Made by a program: the position numbers and the translations under genes. Shown here one piece after another: positions 46,138-55,836 of a DNA stretch of 64,000 bases. The stretch lies in assembly GCA_965227295.1 (NCBI GenBank), contig OZ245742.1, positions 1,376,001-1,440,000 of the forward strand, written 5' to 3'. Position 1 is the first letter of the stretch. The number at the start of each line of letters is the position of its first letter. This DNA comes from Leptonemataceae bacterium. Its GTDB lineage: Bacteria; Spirochaetota; Leptospiria; Leptospirales; Leptonemataceae. Below the pieces are notes generated by a model. The model was given only the letters and a program-made list of their open reading frames with translations. It did not search any database and was not told where the DNA came from.

Positions 46138-47529
46138 ATGGCCCTTCCCGTAGAACGACTCAACGAACGCTTCGAAGGCGAATTCAAATTCAAGGGGCGC
46201 ACATTGAAAGTTCCGTTCACCCTGCCCGGCGATCTGGTCCAGTTCCAGTTGAAGTTCCGCGGCCCGAAGCACGAGCGCTTCCGCGTCGTAAAGATCGAAC
46301 GGGCGGAGAGCTATCCGCCGGAGCTGCGCCTCGAAACGCCGTTCTGTCCGTACCACGGTCGTTGCGGGGGCTGCCGGGCTCAGCATCTGGAGTATAACCC
46401 AACCCAGCTGCAAATCAAGGCCGTTCCGATTCAAGAGCAGATGGAAGCAGTCTGCGGCCGGCGACCGAAGTTGATCCCGGCACCGGAGATCCAGAGCTAT
46501 CGCCATCGCATGGATTTCGTCGTGGACGGCGAGCATGTGGGCCTGCGACCCATCGGTGATTTTTCGAGTTTCGTGGACATCGAGTCTTGCGGGATCCAGC
46601 GTCCCGGGGCGAACGCCGCGCTGGCATTGTGCCGTGAGTTGCTCCACGAATTTCCGGGCGCCGCGTATCGGCGCGAGGATCGTAGCGGTTGTTTAAAGTA
46701 TGTTACGATTCGGCAGGGCTTTGAGAGCGGCGTGATCGTGCTGACGGCGCAGGAAGAGGGGCGGGGCCTGCGGGATTATGCGGACTTCGTCGCGAAACTT
46801 ACGGACCGCCTGGTATTGGAGCGTGATCGTAAGGATTCACCGATCTTCGGTTACTCTTTGATCGAAACAAGCGCCGATACGCATGAGAACGAGGTATCGT
46901 GCGGCCCGGGCGGGCGGGTCATTGTCGGGCGCGGTGGTTATGACGAGCTGATCGGCGGGCAACGCTTCGATGTGCCGTACGATGCCTTCTTTCAGCCGAA
47001 CCCGCCGGCATTCGACGGCCTGCTGGCTCGCGCGTTCGAGTGGATTGCCGCGCACGACGTGCTCGCGGCTTTGAACGGCGACGGTCGGATGCTGGATTTG
47101 TACGCGGGCGCGGGAGTGCTTTCGGCCGTGACGGCGGCACAGTTCCCGCAGGCCTTCGGTTCCGTGAGGGGTTTTGAGTTTACGGAGTCCGCCGTGGAAC
47201 GGGCGCCGGTTAACTTTCAGTCAGTCGGCTTTAGTGGCGAAACAGATTTCCGCGCGGCCGACCTGAATCAACCATCGGAAGATCTTTTGCAAGATGCGGA
47301 CTTGCTCATCGCCGATCCGCCGCGGGCCGGACTTTCCGGTAAGCTGTGCGCGGCGATTGCGGAGCGCCGGCCGGCGCCGTGGTTTCTGTACATCTCGTGC
47401 AATCCGAAGTCGCAGCTTCGCGATCTGGAAGTGCTGCTGGATCAGTACGAAGTCGTGGAAGCATGCGTGGTGGATTGTTACCCGCATACGCCGCATCTGG
47501 AGCAGGCCGTGTTATTGCGGCGGCGTTGA
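46138..47529 (+). CDS. RlmD/TrmA-family RNA (uracil-5)-methyltransferase
   Basis: CPYHGRCGGC (4Fe-4S), AFFQPN, LDLYAGAG, DPPRAGL, YISCNP, PHTPHLE. Confidence 0.93.
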   Translation: MALPVERLNERFEGEFKFKGRTLKVPFTLPGDLVQFQLKFRGPKHERFRVVKIERAESYPPELRLETPFCPYHGRCGGCRAQHLEYNPTQLQIKAVPIQEQMEAVCGRRPKLIPAPEIQSYRHRMDFVVDGEHVGLRPIGDFSSFVDIESCGIQRPGANAALALCRELLHEFPGAAYRREDRSGCLKYVTIRQGFESGVIVLTAQEEGRGLRDYADFVAKLTDRLVLERDRKDSPIFGYSLIETSADTHENEVSCGPGGRVIVGRGGYDELIGGQRFDVPYDAFFQPNPPAFDGLLARAFEWIAAHDVLAALNGDGRMLDLYAGAGVLSAVTAAQFPQAFGSVRGFEFTESAVERAPVNFQSVGFSGETDFRAADLNQPSEDLLQDADLLIADPPRAGLSGKLCAAIAERRPAPWFLYISCNPKSQLRDLEVLLDQYEVVEACVVDCYPHTPHLEQAVLLRRR

Positions 47530-47760
47530 GATTCATGGTACGGCACCTGGAGAGTTGCGGAATGTTACGGGGTGGCGAACGGCGTCTTCGGCCCGGAACG
47601 TTTGGGAGTCACGTCTCCCGAAGCTGAGTTGCCAGGCCGCGTCCGGGCCGAAGTAGACTCTCTTTGCAAAACGCCTGCCCGCAACTCCGAAGAGCCGTAG
47701 CCAAAAAATCCCCGTTAACTTTCCGAGATTTACACCTTGATTCTTGCAGCCAACGCCGCG
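47520..47760. repeat. Palindromic dispersed element, copy B (left outer arm partly deleted)
   Basis: GGTACGGCACCTGGAGAGTTG, CTCCCGAAGCTGAGTTGC and CCGCGTCCGGGCCGAAGT are identical to copy A. Confidence 0.85.
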
Positions 47761-47764
47761 ATTT

Positions 47765-48946
47765 TCAATCTTCGTGGTGCCAGGCTTCGGCCACGGCCTT
47801 TGCAACGATCGCAGCCACGCCTGGTTCCAGCGGCGACGGAATCACTTTGTCCGGGGACGGATCCTTCACCGCTTCTGCCAGGGCTTTCGCCGCGGCGAAC
47901 TTCATTTTCTCGGTGATGCGTCTTGCTCCGGCGTCCAGTGCGCCGCGGAAGATGCCCGGAAACGCGAGAACGTTGTTGACCTGGTTCGGATAGTCACTGC
48001 GGCCTGTGCCGATCACGAAGGCGCCGGCGGCCTTCGCATCTTCCGGCATGATCTCCGGTATCGGGTTTGCCATGGCCAGGATGACGGGTTTGTCGGCCAT
48101 GCTGCGGACCATGTCCGGCGTGACCACGCCCGCCACGCTCACTCCGACGAAGACGTCCGCATCTTTCAACGCGTCGGCCAGGTCCCCCGTGCGCCCTTCG
48201 CGGTTCGTAATGAGCGATAAACGATTCTTAACGACGTTGCTCTTTACGTCGGCGCGATCGCGGTGGATGATGCCTTTGCTGTCGCAGACGACCACGTCCT
48301 GCACCGGATCGCAGACACCGACGTCGTGGTCTTCGTCGAGCAACATGCGCGCGATGGCCGTACCGGCGGCGCCGGCGCCGTTCACGACGACGCGTAGTTC
48401 GGACATGGATTTGCCCGCGATCTTTGCCGCGTTGAGAATCGCTGCCAGCGACACGATGGCCGTGCCGTGCTGATCATCGTGAAATACGGGGATGCCCAGG
48501 TCCTGCAGGCGCTCTTCGATTTCGAAACAGTTCGGCGCGGCGATGTCCTCGAGATTGATGCCCGCGAATGTCGGCGAAACAAAACGACAGACTTTGATGA
48601 TTTCCTCGATATCCTGTGTGCGCAGGACGAGCGGGACCGCGTCGATGTTCGCATACTCTTTGAACAGCACGGCCTTGCCTTCCATGACCGGCAGCGCGCC
48701 ATAGGCGCCGATGTTGCCAAGGCCGAGGACCGCGGAGCCGTCTGAGACCACGGCGACGCTGTTGCCTTTCATCGTCAGTTCCCGCGCGCGATCCGGATGG
48801 CCGGCCAGGACTTCGCTCACCCGCGCGACGCCGGGGCTGTACATCAAAGAGAGATCGTGCTGATTGCGGATGGGCGCCTTTGCGCGGATTTCCAGTTTGC
48901 CGCGATGTTTTTCATGAAAGGCGAGGGATTCTTCGAAAATGTCCAT
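47765..48946 (-). CDS. NAD(P)-dependent malic enzyme
   Basis: YSPGVA, GLGNIG, PVMEGKA, NLEDI, FHDDQHGT, GAGAAG, GRSDYPNQVNN. Confidence 0.96.
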   Translation of the reverse strand: MDIFEESLAFHEKHRGKLEIRAKAPIRNQHDLSLMYSPGVARVSEVLAGHPDRARELTMKGNSVAVVSDGSAVLGLGNIGAYGALPVMEGKAVLFKEYANIDAVPLVLRTQDIEEIIKVCRFVSPTFAGINLEDIAAPNCFEIEERLQDLGIPVFHDDQHGTAIVSLAAILNAAKIAGKSMSELRVVVNGAGAAGTAIARMLLDEDHDVGVCDPVQDVVVCDSKGIIHRDRADVKSNVVKNRLSLITNREGRTGDLADALKDADVFVGVSVAGVVTPDMVRSMADKPVILAMANPIPEIMPEDAKAAGAFVIGTGRSDYPNQVNNVLAFPGIFRGALDAGARRITEKMKFAAAKALAEAVKDPSPDKVIPSPLEPGVAAIVAKAVAEAWHHED

Positions 48947-49005
48947 GGGCTTGCGGGCATGTTTTTGGGATTGGAGACGAGGGCAAGCGGTACCAACACA
49001 ATCCT

Positions 49006-49404
49006 TCAGCGCTCGAACGGGTCGAGCAGTGAGACCTCACAGCCTTCGAAGTCGCGGGTATTGCCGGTTACGAGCGTCAGGCCGTGAATGATGGCGGTTG
49101 CGGCGATCAGCATGTCGGCCTGTGTATGCGTCCGTCCCCGGCGGCGCTGGCGGCCGCGCAGATTGCCGGCCAGCTTCGCAGTTGCTTCATCTACCGGCAA
49201 CACCTGGCAGTACTCGTTTAGAAAGCCTTCCAGCCATTTTTCGATTCGTGGGCTTTCTTTTGCCGCCAGGCCGTAGGTAATCTCTTCGATCGTTACGACA
49301 CTCAAAGCGATCCGCGCCGTCGTCTCGGCCCAGCGTAAGACTCCCTGATTCGGCCTTTTGCGGACGAGTTCGCTGACCACGTTAGTGTCACAGAGCACAC
49401 TCAT
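49006..49404 (-). CDS. vapC: VapC PIN-domain toxin
   Basis: LCDTNVVSE, ADMLIAATA, LVTGNTRDF. Confidence 0.94.
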   Translation of the reverse strand: MSVLCDTNVVSELVRKRPNQGVLRWAETTARIALSVVTIEEITYGLAAKESPRIEKWLEGFLNEYCQVLPVDEATAKLAGNLRGRQRRRGRTHTQADMLIAATAIIHGLTLVTGNTRDFEGCEVSLLDPFER

Positions 49405-49685
49405 CGAGCACCGGCGTCTCCGGCGAAGGCGTTCTTCCGGTCCTTGCGACGAGTGGGGCGAAACTGCACGTCCTCTTCGGTCATGATATCCCGAAGTTCA
49501 TCAAAACGATCGGCGATGGACCGGCGATTGCGACGCTTCCGCCATTCGTCGAATTCCCGAAAGACTTCTACGCCCACCACCACCGCAACCGGCTGATCCC
49601 GATTCAGAACGACTTGCGGTTCCTTTTCCGCGGCCCGGATCAACTCGGAGAGCCGTTGCTTTGCGTGTCCAATTTTCCAGTCCAT
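49401..49685 (-). CDS. Phd/YefM family antitoxin
   Basis: WKIGHAKQRLSELIRAA..EPQVV..R..PVAVVV. Overlaps the vapC start. Confidence 0.92.
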   Translation of the reverse strand: MDWKIGHAKQRLSELIRAAEKEPQVVLNRDQPVAVVVGVEVFREFDEWRKRRNRRSIADRFDELRDIMTEEDVQFRPTRRKDRKNAFAGDAGAR

Positions 49686-49721
49686 GTTGGACAAGCTATC
49701 TGCACGTGGAGAGTTCGTCAA
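49680..49721 (-). promoter_or_regulatory. Leaderless promoter and operator of the TA operon
   Basis: TTGACG (49721-49716), 17 nt, TAGCTT (49698-49693), 7 nt, ATG. GTCCA-TGT-TGGAC dyad at 49680-49692. Confidence 0.55.
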
Positions 49722-49916
49722 GAACAGGTCACAGAACGGCCAGTGGGCTGTTAGGTTGACTTATCCCGTCATCTTCCCCGCAACCGCATCACCAGCATCA
49801 TGCCCACAACCCCCAAACCCAAACACACCCACCACGCGCTTTGAAATTGCAGGCGGAGCGGGGTGCGTTGGGATATATGGATTGACCCGGCGATTCACTC
49901 TTGTAAGATCTTAATT

Positions 49917-50168
49917 TTGACCGCAGCCGAAGCTAAGAAAATCCTGAAAGAACTGAAGGCCGGTAAACGTTTCGCCACGCGCTTTCAAGAACAGGAATGG
50001 GGCCTCTACTATAGTGACGGCGACGACCGCTATATCGAATGGGGCCGCGAGGCGGACCTCAGCGGGCGCGGGAAGGATCGGTCGTTCGAGAACCGTTTGA
50101 GCGAGGACGAGGCGATTGGGTTGTTGAAACAGTACAGCTACAATCGGACGCGCGGGGGAATGCGGTAG
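49917..50168 (+). CDS. Small hypothetical protein
   Basis: TTG 49917 downstream of TTGACC-N16-TAAGAT. 83 aa, globular-looking. Confidence 0.6.
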   Translation: MTAAEAKKILKELKAGKRFATRFQEQEWGLYYSDGDDRYIEWGREADLSGRGKDRSFENRLSEDEAIGLLKQYSYNRTRGGMR

Positions 50169-50183
50169 GATGATTGTACGATC

Positions 50184-50207
50184 ACCGGCGGGCCGAAACC
50201 CGCCGGT
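50184..50207. terminator. Hairpin between convergent genes
   Basis: ACCGGCGGG-CCGAAA-CCCGCCGGT, perfect 9-bp stem with weak U-tracts. Confidence 0.45.
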
Positions 50208-50216
50208 AAGTGGAAA

Positions 50217-50471
50217 TCAGTAGCGGTTCGCTTTCGGACGTGCTTCGTTTACCACGAGGTTGCGGCCGTTCACTTCCGTTTCCGACAGTGCGTTCATGGC
50301 CGCGATGGCTTCTTTTTTGTTCGGCATCTCCACGAAGCCGAAACCGCGGGAGCGGCCGGTCTCACGGTCGGAGACGATGTGAGCGGAAGACACTTCGCCG
50401 TGAGCGGTGAAAAGTTCCGTTAATGCGCTCTGATCGATATCAAAGCTGAGGTTACCTACATACAGGTTCAT
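50217..50471 (-). CDS. RRM-domain RNA-binding protein
   Basis: LYVGNL (RNP2), RSRGFGFVEM (RNP1), VNEARP. Confidence 0.96.
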   Translation of the reverse strand: MNLYVGNLSFDIDQSALTELFTAHGEVSSAHIVSDRETGRSRGFGFVEMPNKKEAIAAMNALSETEVNGRNLVVNEARPKANRY

Positions 50472-50772
50472 GTTAGTTATCCAGATGATTGATTCGCTTC
50501 GCCTTTTGAAGACGATTTCGGGAACGTAGGTACAGAACGGTGAAGAAGATCGGTGAGGAGGGATCCAGACTGAGACGTCTCGGGTTCTAATGCCGGGGTA
50601 TACCGTTATCGGTATCGAAAGTTAGATAGAAGCGTGGGGGCATGATATCCAGATCTCGCCACGGGTCAAGTGGAATGCAGAAAGCGCTGACAGATTCCGA
50701 TGAATGAGCGCTGACACCACGTTCGGATCTTTGCTCACGACAACTGCGCTCTGGCCCTGAACAGGCATCGCC

Positions 50773-52440
50773 TCACGCCCATTCCGGCGCGGGCAACTCG
50801 ACGCCGTCCCTCCCCGCGCTGAAGTGATGATCGCCCAGATACCGCAAATCCTCGCGTCGAATGTCCCGCGGATCGCAGTGGCCAAGGGCGCGGGTAAGAT
50901 CGAGCATGTCCTTGTGAAAGCCCGTGACGTAGTGATGAATCCGCGTGGCCTTTTCGGGAACATTGAGGCCGCGCATGCGCCATGGGCTGTTCGTGGCGAT
51001 GCCGGTGGGGCAGTGGTTCGTGTGGCACTTGAGCGATTGGATGCAGCCCAAAGACAGCATGGCCCCGCGCGCCGTTTCGATGACGTCGGCGCCGGCGGCG
51101 AAGGCCACCGCGGCGTGAGCCGGCGTGAAAATTTTGCCGGAGGCCGAAAGATGCACCTGGTCACGGATGCCCGCGGACTTTAACTTGCGATCAAGATAAG
51201 CTACGGTTTCGATGCAACTGCCGTAGCCGACGTAGTTGACGAATACGTTGTCGCCCGCGCCGGTGCCTCCGTCGGTGCCGTCGAGCTGAATCGCGTCCGG
51301 GCCCTTGCCGCTGGCCTTCATCGCCTCGACGAGCATGTCCAGTTCCGGCAGATAACCCACGCACATTTTGATACCGACCGGCAGTTCGGTGAGTTCGCGG
51401 ATTTCGTCGATGAAGTCCATGAGTTTCGCGAGCACCTCTTGCGGTGACCCGGCCAGAAGCTCGGCGTGCTGCGCCGGCGAAATGACGCTTTTGCCCGCGG
51501 GTACTTTGCGAACCGCGGCGATCTCCGGCGTTACCTTGGAACCGGGCAGGTGGCCGCCCTTGCCGGGTTTCGCGCCCTGGGAGATCTTAAGTTGCAGCAT
51601 GCGAATGTTATCGTGCGTGCGCACGAGTTCTTTTAAGAGATCGCGGTTGAGCCGGCGAGTCTCGCGGCCGTCCGGTAACGTCGCCGCGTCGCCCACACCG
51701 AACTTGCCCGTGCCGATCTGAAATACCACGTCGTTGCCGGCGACGCCGTGCGGGCCGTAGCCGCCTTCGCCGGTGTTGCAATAGGCCACGTCCTTTACCC
51801 CCAGGCTGATGGCCTCGGCCGACTTGTAGTTGATGGAGCCGTAGCTCATGCCCGAGATGTTGACGCTGCTCGTGACGTGGAAGGGCTTTACGTTCTTGCG
51901 ATGCGCACCGATTTCAAAGCCGTAACTGACGTTCGGCCGATCCGCGGGAAAGTTTTTATGCAACATGCGCGCGCCGATGGTATTGTCGCCGTCGTAGTTG
52001 TCCAGCTCCGTGCCGAAGGCCGTCAGCGCGGAAACGGCGTGCGCCTTCTGGTAAATGTAATCTCGTACGATCCTTGGAATGGGCCGGCCGTCGACGTTGG
52101 TTTCGTTGAAGTATTGTAAGTATTTATCGCGGAAGACGCGCTCAAAGACGAAACGCAACCGTCCGAGGGGGCCGTAGATGCGCACGATGGCGTGATCGTC
52201 CTGAAAGAAAAATTCGCGCAGAACGTAGACTGCCAGGGCCGCCCCCACTGCACCGAGGCCGTAGGGCCAGCCGTAGATGTACGCCAGGAACGGTGACGCG
52301 ATCAAAGCTACGTAACTCACCCCGTCGGCGATGATCTCCAGCGGGGGCCGGTACTCCGGCCGGATGAGCGCGCGTTCTTTACCCCGGGATCGGAAGCGCG
52401 CCAGGAGTTTGTGCGCCGGTTTCGATGCGTCGTAAGCCAT
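50773..52440 (-). CDS. FMN-binding glutamate synthase family protein
   Basis: ISGMSYGS, NTGEGG, FQIGTGKFG, SQGAKPGKGG, DGTDGGTGA, CIQSLKCHTNHCPTG. Confidence 0.93.
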   Translation of the reverse strand: MAYDASKPAHKLLARFRSRGKERALIRPEYRPPLEIIADGVSYVALIASPFLAYIYGWPYGLGAVGAALAVYVLREFFFQDDHAIVRIYGPLGRLRFVFERVFRDKYLQYFNETNVDGRPIPRIVRDYIYQKAHAVSALTAFGTELDNYDGDNTIGARMLHKNFPADRPNVSYGFEIGAHRKNVKPFHVTSSVNISGMSYGSINYKSAEAISLGVKDVAYCNTGEGGYGPHGVAGNDVVFQIGTGKFGVGDAATLPDGRETRRLNRDLLKELVRTHDNIRMLQLKISQGAKPGKGGHLPGSKVTPEIAAVRKVPAGKSVISPAQHAELLAGSPQEVLAKLMDFIDEIRELTELPVGIKMCVGYLPELDMLVEAMKASGKGPDAIQLDGTDGGTGAGDNVFVNYVGYGSCIETVAYLDRKLKSAGIRDQVHLSASGKIFTPAHAAVAFAAGADVIETARGAMLSLGCIQSLKCHTNHCPTGIATNSPWRMRGLNVPEKATRIHHYVTGFHKDMLDLTRALGHCDPRDIRREDLRYLGDHHFSAGRDGVELPAPEWA

Positions 52441-52497
52441 ACGCTATTCACGTATGGGAAATGGATGTGCCAACCATTATTCGGGGTTGCGCAACGG

Positions 52498-53412
52498 CTA
52501 TTCAAACCCTGGATCGATCTTCCCCGACGCGAGCAGATCCTGCCACTGCTGCGCATCGTGGGCGACGACGACGTTCACGTCCGGGTGTGCCGCAACGAAT
52601 TCGTGAATGGCGCGAATCTGCTGAGCCACGGAGTCGCGGTCTTCTTGCAGAAACAACATGCTGACGAGTCGTGGTCGCGCGGCCAGACGACGAACGCCTT
52701 CCATGTTCCAGACGATGTCTCCGACGAACAGAAACTCCTGGCCGTCGCGCTTACGGACGTAGATGATCTGACTGCCGGTGGAATGGCCGGCCGCCTTAAG
52801 CAACGCGATGCCCGGCATCGGTGAGTGAATGCGATCATACTCCAGCGGCGTAAACTTATCCAGCGCGCCCTCCGGGAACTCGGCGAGCTCAATGGTCGGC
52901 CCGTGGATCTGTTCTTCCAGCAGCGCCGTGTGTCCGGCAATCTCATCGAGGTACGGCGACTGTGCAATGCCGCCGACGTGGTCCATGTGTTCGTGGGTGG
53001 CGATGATCAAATCTGCCGCGCGCATGGCATTCTGCATTTCGTCGAAGCGTTCCGGAAAGAAGCCTTCGTCGCTGAAGTACTTTTTGTGCAGATGCTCATC
53101 GTGCGCCGTGTCTACAATGACGGAGCGCCCGTCGGCATACGTGATCTGGAACGATGTAAAGACCATAGGCCGCTTCTTGAAAAACGAATCGCCGGCGATC
53201 ACTGCCGCGGCGGGAAACCCGCCTTCGCCCACCAGGAGGCCGTTGATGTTCACGGGGCCATTTTCCTGCGGCCCGGCGGCAGCTCGCAATCCGGCGAGGT
53301 CAATCTTGTAACTCGACGTCTCCGGCACGGGGCCCTGGTCGAAGAAATACCATTTGAGCCCCCAGCCGACGACAACGACGGCGATCAGAATGTAAACGAT
53401 GCGCTTGCCCAT
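52498..53412 (-). CDS. Metallo-beta-lactamase-fold hydrolase, membrane-anchored
   Basis: THEHMDHVGG, AGHSTGS, VGD, AHD. ATG 53412. Confidence 0.9.
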   Translation of the reverse strand: MGKRIVYILIAVVVVGWGLKWYFFDQGPVPETSSYKIDLAGLRAAAGPQENGPVNINGLLVGEGGFPAAAVIAGDSFFKKRPMVFTSFQITYADGRSVIVDTAHDEHLHKKYFSDEGFFPERFDEMQNAMRAADLIIATHEHMDHVGGIAQSPYLDEIAGHTALLEEQIHGPTIELAEFPEGALDKFTPLEYDRIHSPMPGIALLKAAGHSTGSQIIYVRKRDGQEFLFVGDIVWNMEGVRRLAARPRLVSMLFLQEDRDSVAQQIRAIHEFVAAHPDVNVVVAHDAQQWQDLLASGKIDPGFE

Positions 53413-53534
53413 ACACCGAAACTGAGACCGCCGCTGAGAATCGCAAGCCCGAAGAAGACTATGGTGTATGGTAGATACTTTTTTGGGCGCGTCGCCTGCG
53501 GCGACCGCGCTGCTTCGGGCTCCGCTTCGCTGCG

Positions 53535-55403
53535 GGGGCTGACCAAAAAGGTCCTGGATACGGACTTGACACAACGAAAATTCCTGGAAAAAGGCGACGG
53601 CCGGTTGAGGCTCTGCCCATGTCAGATCCGCACGCAGACGAACTTTTCCCTGAAACGACCGAATTGAGTGGTGCCTCGCGAAAGCCCAGGACGCAGAAGT
53701 TCAAGCCGTATGTTCAAAACGAGAGTTATCTTTTCCCGCCGAGTACAGAAGACTACGTGGAGCCGGGGCATCTGGCACGGATTGTCAGCGAGTTGATTGA
53801 CAGGATGGACCTCAGTGAACTCTACACTGCCTATCGCGGCGGCGGCACGAGTGCGTATGATCCGCGCATGATGCTCAAGGTCTGGGTGCTGGGTTATCTC
53901 AACCGAATTTACACGGGCCGGCAACTGGCAAAAGCCCTGCGCGAGAACATTACATTTCTCTGGATCAGCGGCAGTCAGCGACCGGACTTTCGGACGTTGA
54001 ATCTGTTTCGCAAACGCCTGGAGAAGCCGATGCGTTCGATCTTTCAACAGATCGTAATGTTCGCGCTGGATGAGGGAGTCATTACCGGTCGCGAAGTATT
54101 TGTGGATCACACGAAGATGGAAGCAAACGCGAACCGGCATCGTTTTTACTGGCGCAAGACCGCGGATCGTAAGCTTACCGAAATCCAGACGGAACTCGAT
54201 GAACTCTTCAAACACATCAAAGCATTGAGCGAAGCCGAAGATCTCGAATACGGCGAACGCGATCTGGAGGAGATGGAGCGCGGCAGAGTTTCTCCGGAAG
54301 CGCTGCAATCGTTGGTTGAATCTACAAACGCGGCGCTCAAAGCCGACCGGATAGATGCGGAGACTGCCGCAGACACTAAAAAAAACTCCGCAGAACGCGT
54401 GAGTTAGAACGCCGGCGCGAAAAGTACGAAAAACAGCGGGAAATCCTGCAAAATCGCAATGGCTGTTCGCGCACGGATCATGACGCCCGGCCGATGCGCA
54501 TGAAAGACGGCATCATGCGGCCCGGTTATAACGAGGGCATCGCGGTATCGAATCTTTTCGTTACGGCGTATGTTGTCAGCGACAACGGCAGCGATCCGGT
54601 AAGCTTCCCGGAATTGATGGACAGTGTCCGCGAACATCTCCCCGAGGCAGAAGCCGTGATTGCCGACGGCGCTTACGGTACGGAAGAAAACCTCGCGTAC
54701 CTCGAACGACACGGCATCCGGAGCTATGCAAAATACAGTCACTACGCTCGTGAAAGATCTCCAAAATGGAATGAAGAACGTGTACGCTTGAACCGTTTTT
54801 CGTATGATGAATTCAGTGACGTCTATACCTGCCCGGCCGGGGGGACGTTTGCCTTTTCAGCGAACGAAGAGTCGTCTGAGTCGCACGGGGTATGTGGAGC
54901 ACAGCCGTGAGTACAGCGCGCCTCCGGATTGCATACAGTGTCCGTTACGGCAGAAATGCACGCCGGGTAGTTCCGGCACGCTGACCGTGCGTCCGAATCT
55001 GGAGAGGCTGCGTAACATCACACGAGAGAATCTTAACAGCCCGCAGGGTCGTGAGTTTCAACGAATGCGGGGCCATGCTGTGGAAACCGTTTTCGGAGAC
55101 GGCAAATTCAATCAAAAGCGGCGCCGGTATGTAACCCGGGGCCTTGCCGGTGCACAAGCCGACGCCGGGTTGTTCTATCTTGCCCATAATGTTAAAAGAA
55201 TGAGCTGCGAACGGAGCCTGCACACCGAGGGGGTGGCGGAGAACCGCGAGCCCGGGCCAGGCTTGCCCGGAGGGTGAGCCGGTCGCCGAAGGCGAGGCCC
55301 GGGCGTTCGCGTAGCGACGCGGGTCGGAGCCAGGGGGAGCGGAGCTCCCCCCAATAAAATGAATGCCCTATCTCTTCTGGCAGGCCACTTTTTGGTCAGC
55401 CCC
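53535..55403 (+). mobile_element. IS1182-family insertion sequence
   Basis: Perfect 16-bp terminal IR GGGGCTGACCAAAAAG (53535-53550 / 55388-55403). Transposase motifs AYDPRMMLK, PDFRT, VDHTKMEANAN, ADGAYG, VETVFG. Confidence 0.93.
53619..55277 (+). pseudogene. IS1182 transposase in three frames (-1 shift at A8 54378-54385; +1 shift at G6 54839-54844)
   Basis: The -1 frame gives KKLRR...KYEKQREILQNRNGCSRTDHDARPMRMK. Removing one G restores YTCPAGGRL...C..CPLRQKC. Confidence 0.8.
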
Positions 55404-55446
55404 GGCCTTCGGCCCCCTCCACATCGCTCGCGCGAAGAGCCCCGAA

Positions 55447-55821
55447 TCACAAGCGCCGGGGATCGGAAGGATCGCGATGATCGATAAGTCTCTTCTCCGC
55501 CCCGGCATACGAAGCGAATCCCAGAGCCAACAACCACACACCGCCGATCAAGAGGCCGCCGGCTTCGCGAAACACTTCGTTGTTGAGATAATCTTCCACG
55601 AAACCCGGGAACATAAACGCGGCGGCAAGCACGTAGGTCGCACCGAGGAGCAGAGCCACGCGACCGGACCAGCGGTTCCCTGCCGTGGCCACGGCGAAAG
55701 CCGCTGGAATCGCGTAGACGAGCATCCAGAAGAACATATCGGAGTCGTTGAGCTGGAGCAAGATCGCCCAGGCAAACAACAGGGCGAAGGGAATCGCAAG
55801 GATGCGCAGGATGGATTTCAT
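55447..55821 (-). CDS. TMEM220-like membrane protein
   Basis: LQLNDSD..FWMLVY and EVFREAGGL motifs, 4 TM. Confidence 0.8.
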   Translation of the reverse strand: MKSILRILAIPFALLFAWAILLQLNDSDMFFWMLVYAIPAAFAVATAGNRWSGRVALLLGATYVLAAAFMFPGFVEDYLNNEVFREAGGLLIGGVWLLALGFASYAGAEKRLIDHRDPSDPRRL

Positions 55822-55836
55822 GAACTCACCGTAGTT

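Larger units (their letters stand above)
53485..55433 (+). repeat. Flavo-1-like repeat, copy 4, split by the IS (halves 53485-53535 and 55403-55433)
   Basis: 5' half GGGCGCGTCGCCTGCGGCGACCGCGCTGCTTCGGGCTCCGC; 3' half CCCTCCACATCGCTCGCGC followed by GAAGAGCC. Confidence 0.7.

Noticed and set aside
49006-49685. Phd-VapC pair as part of a defence island
   Set aside because: Stand-alone, common type II TA pair with housekeeping neighbours.
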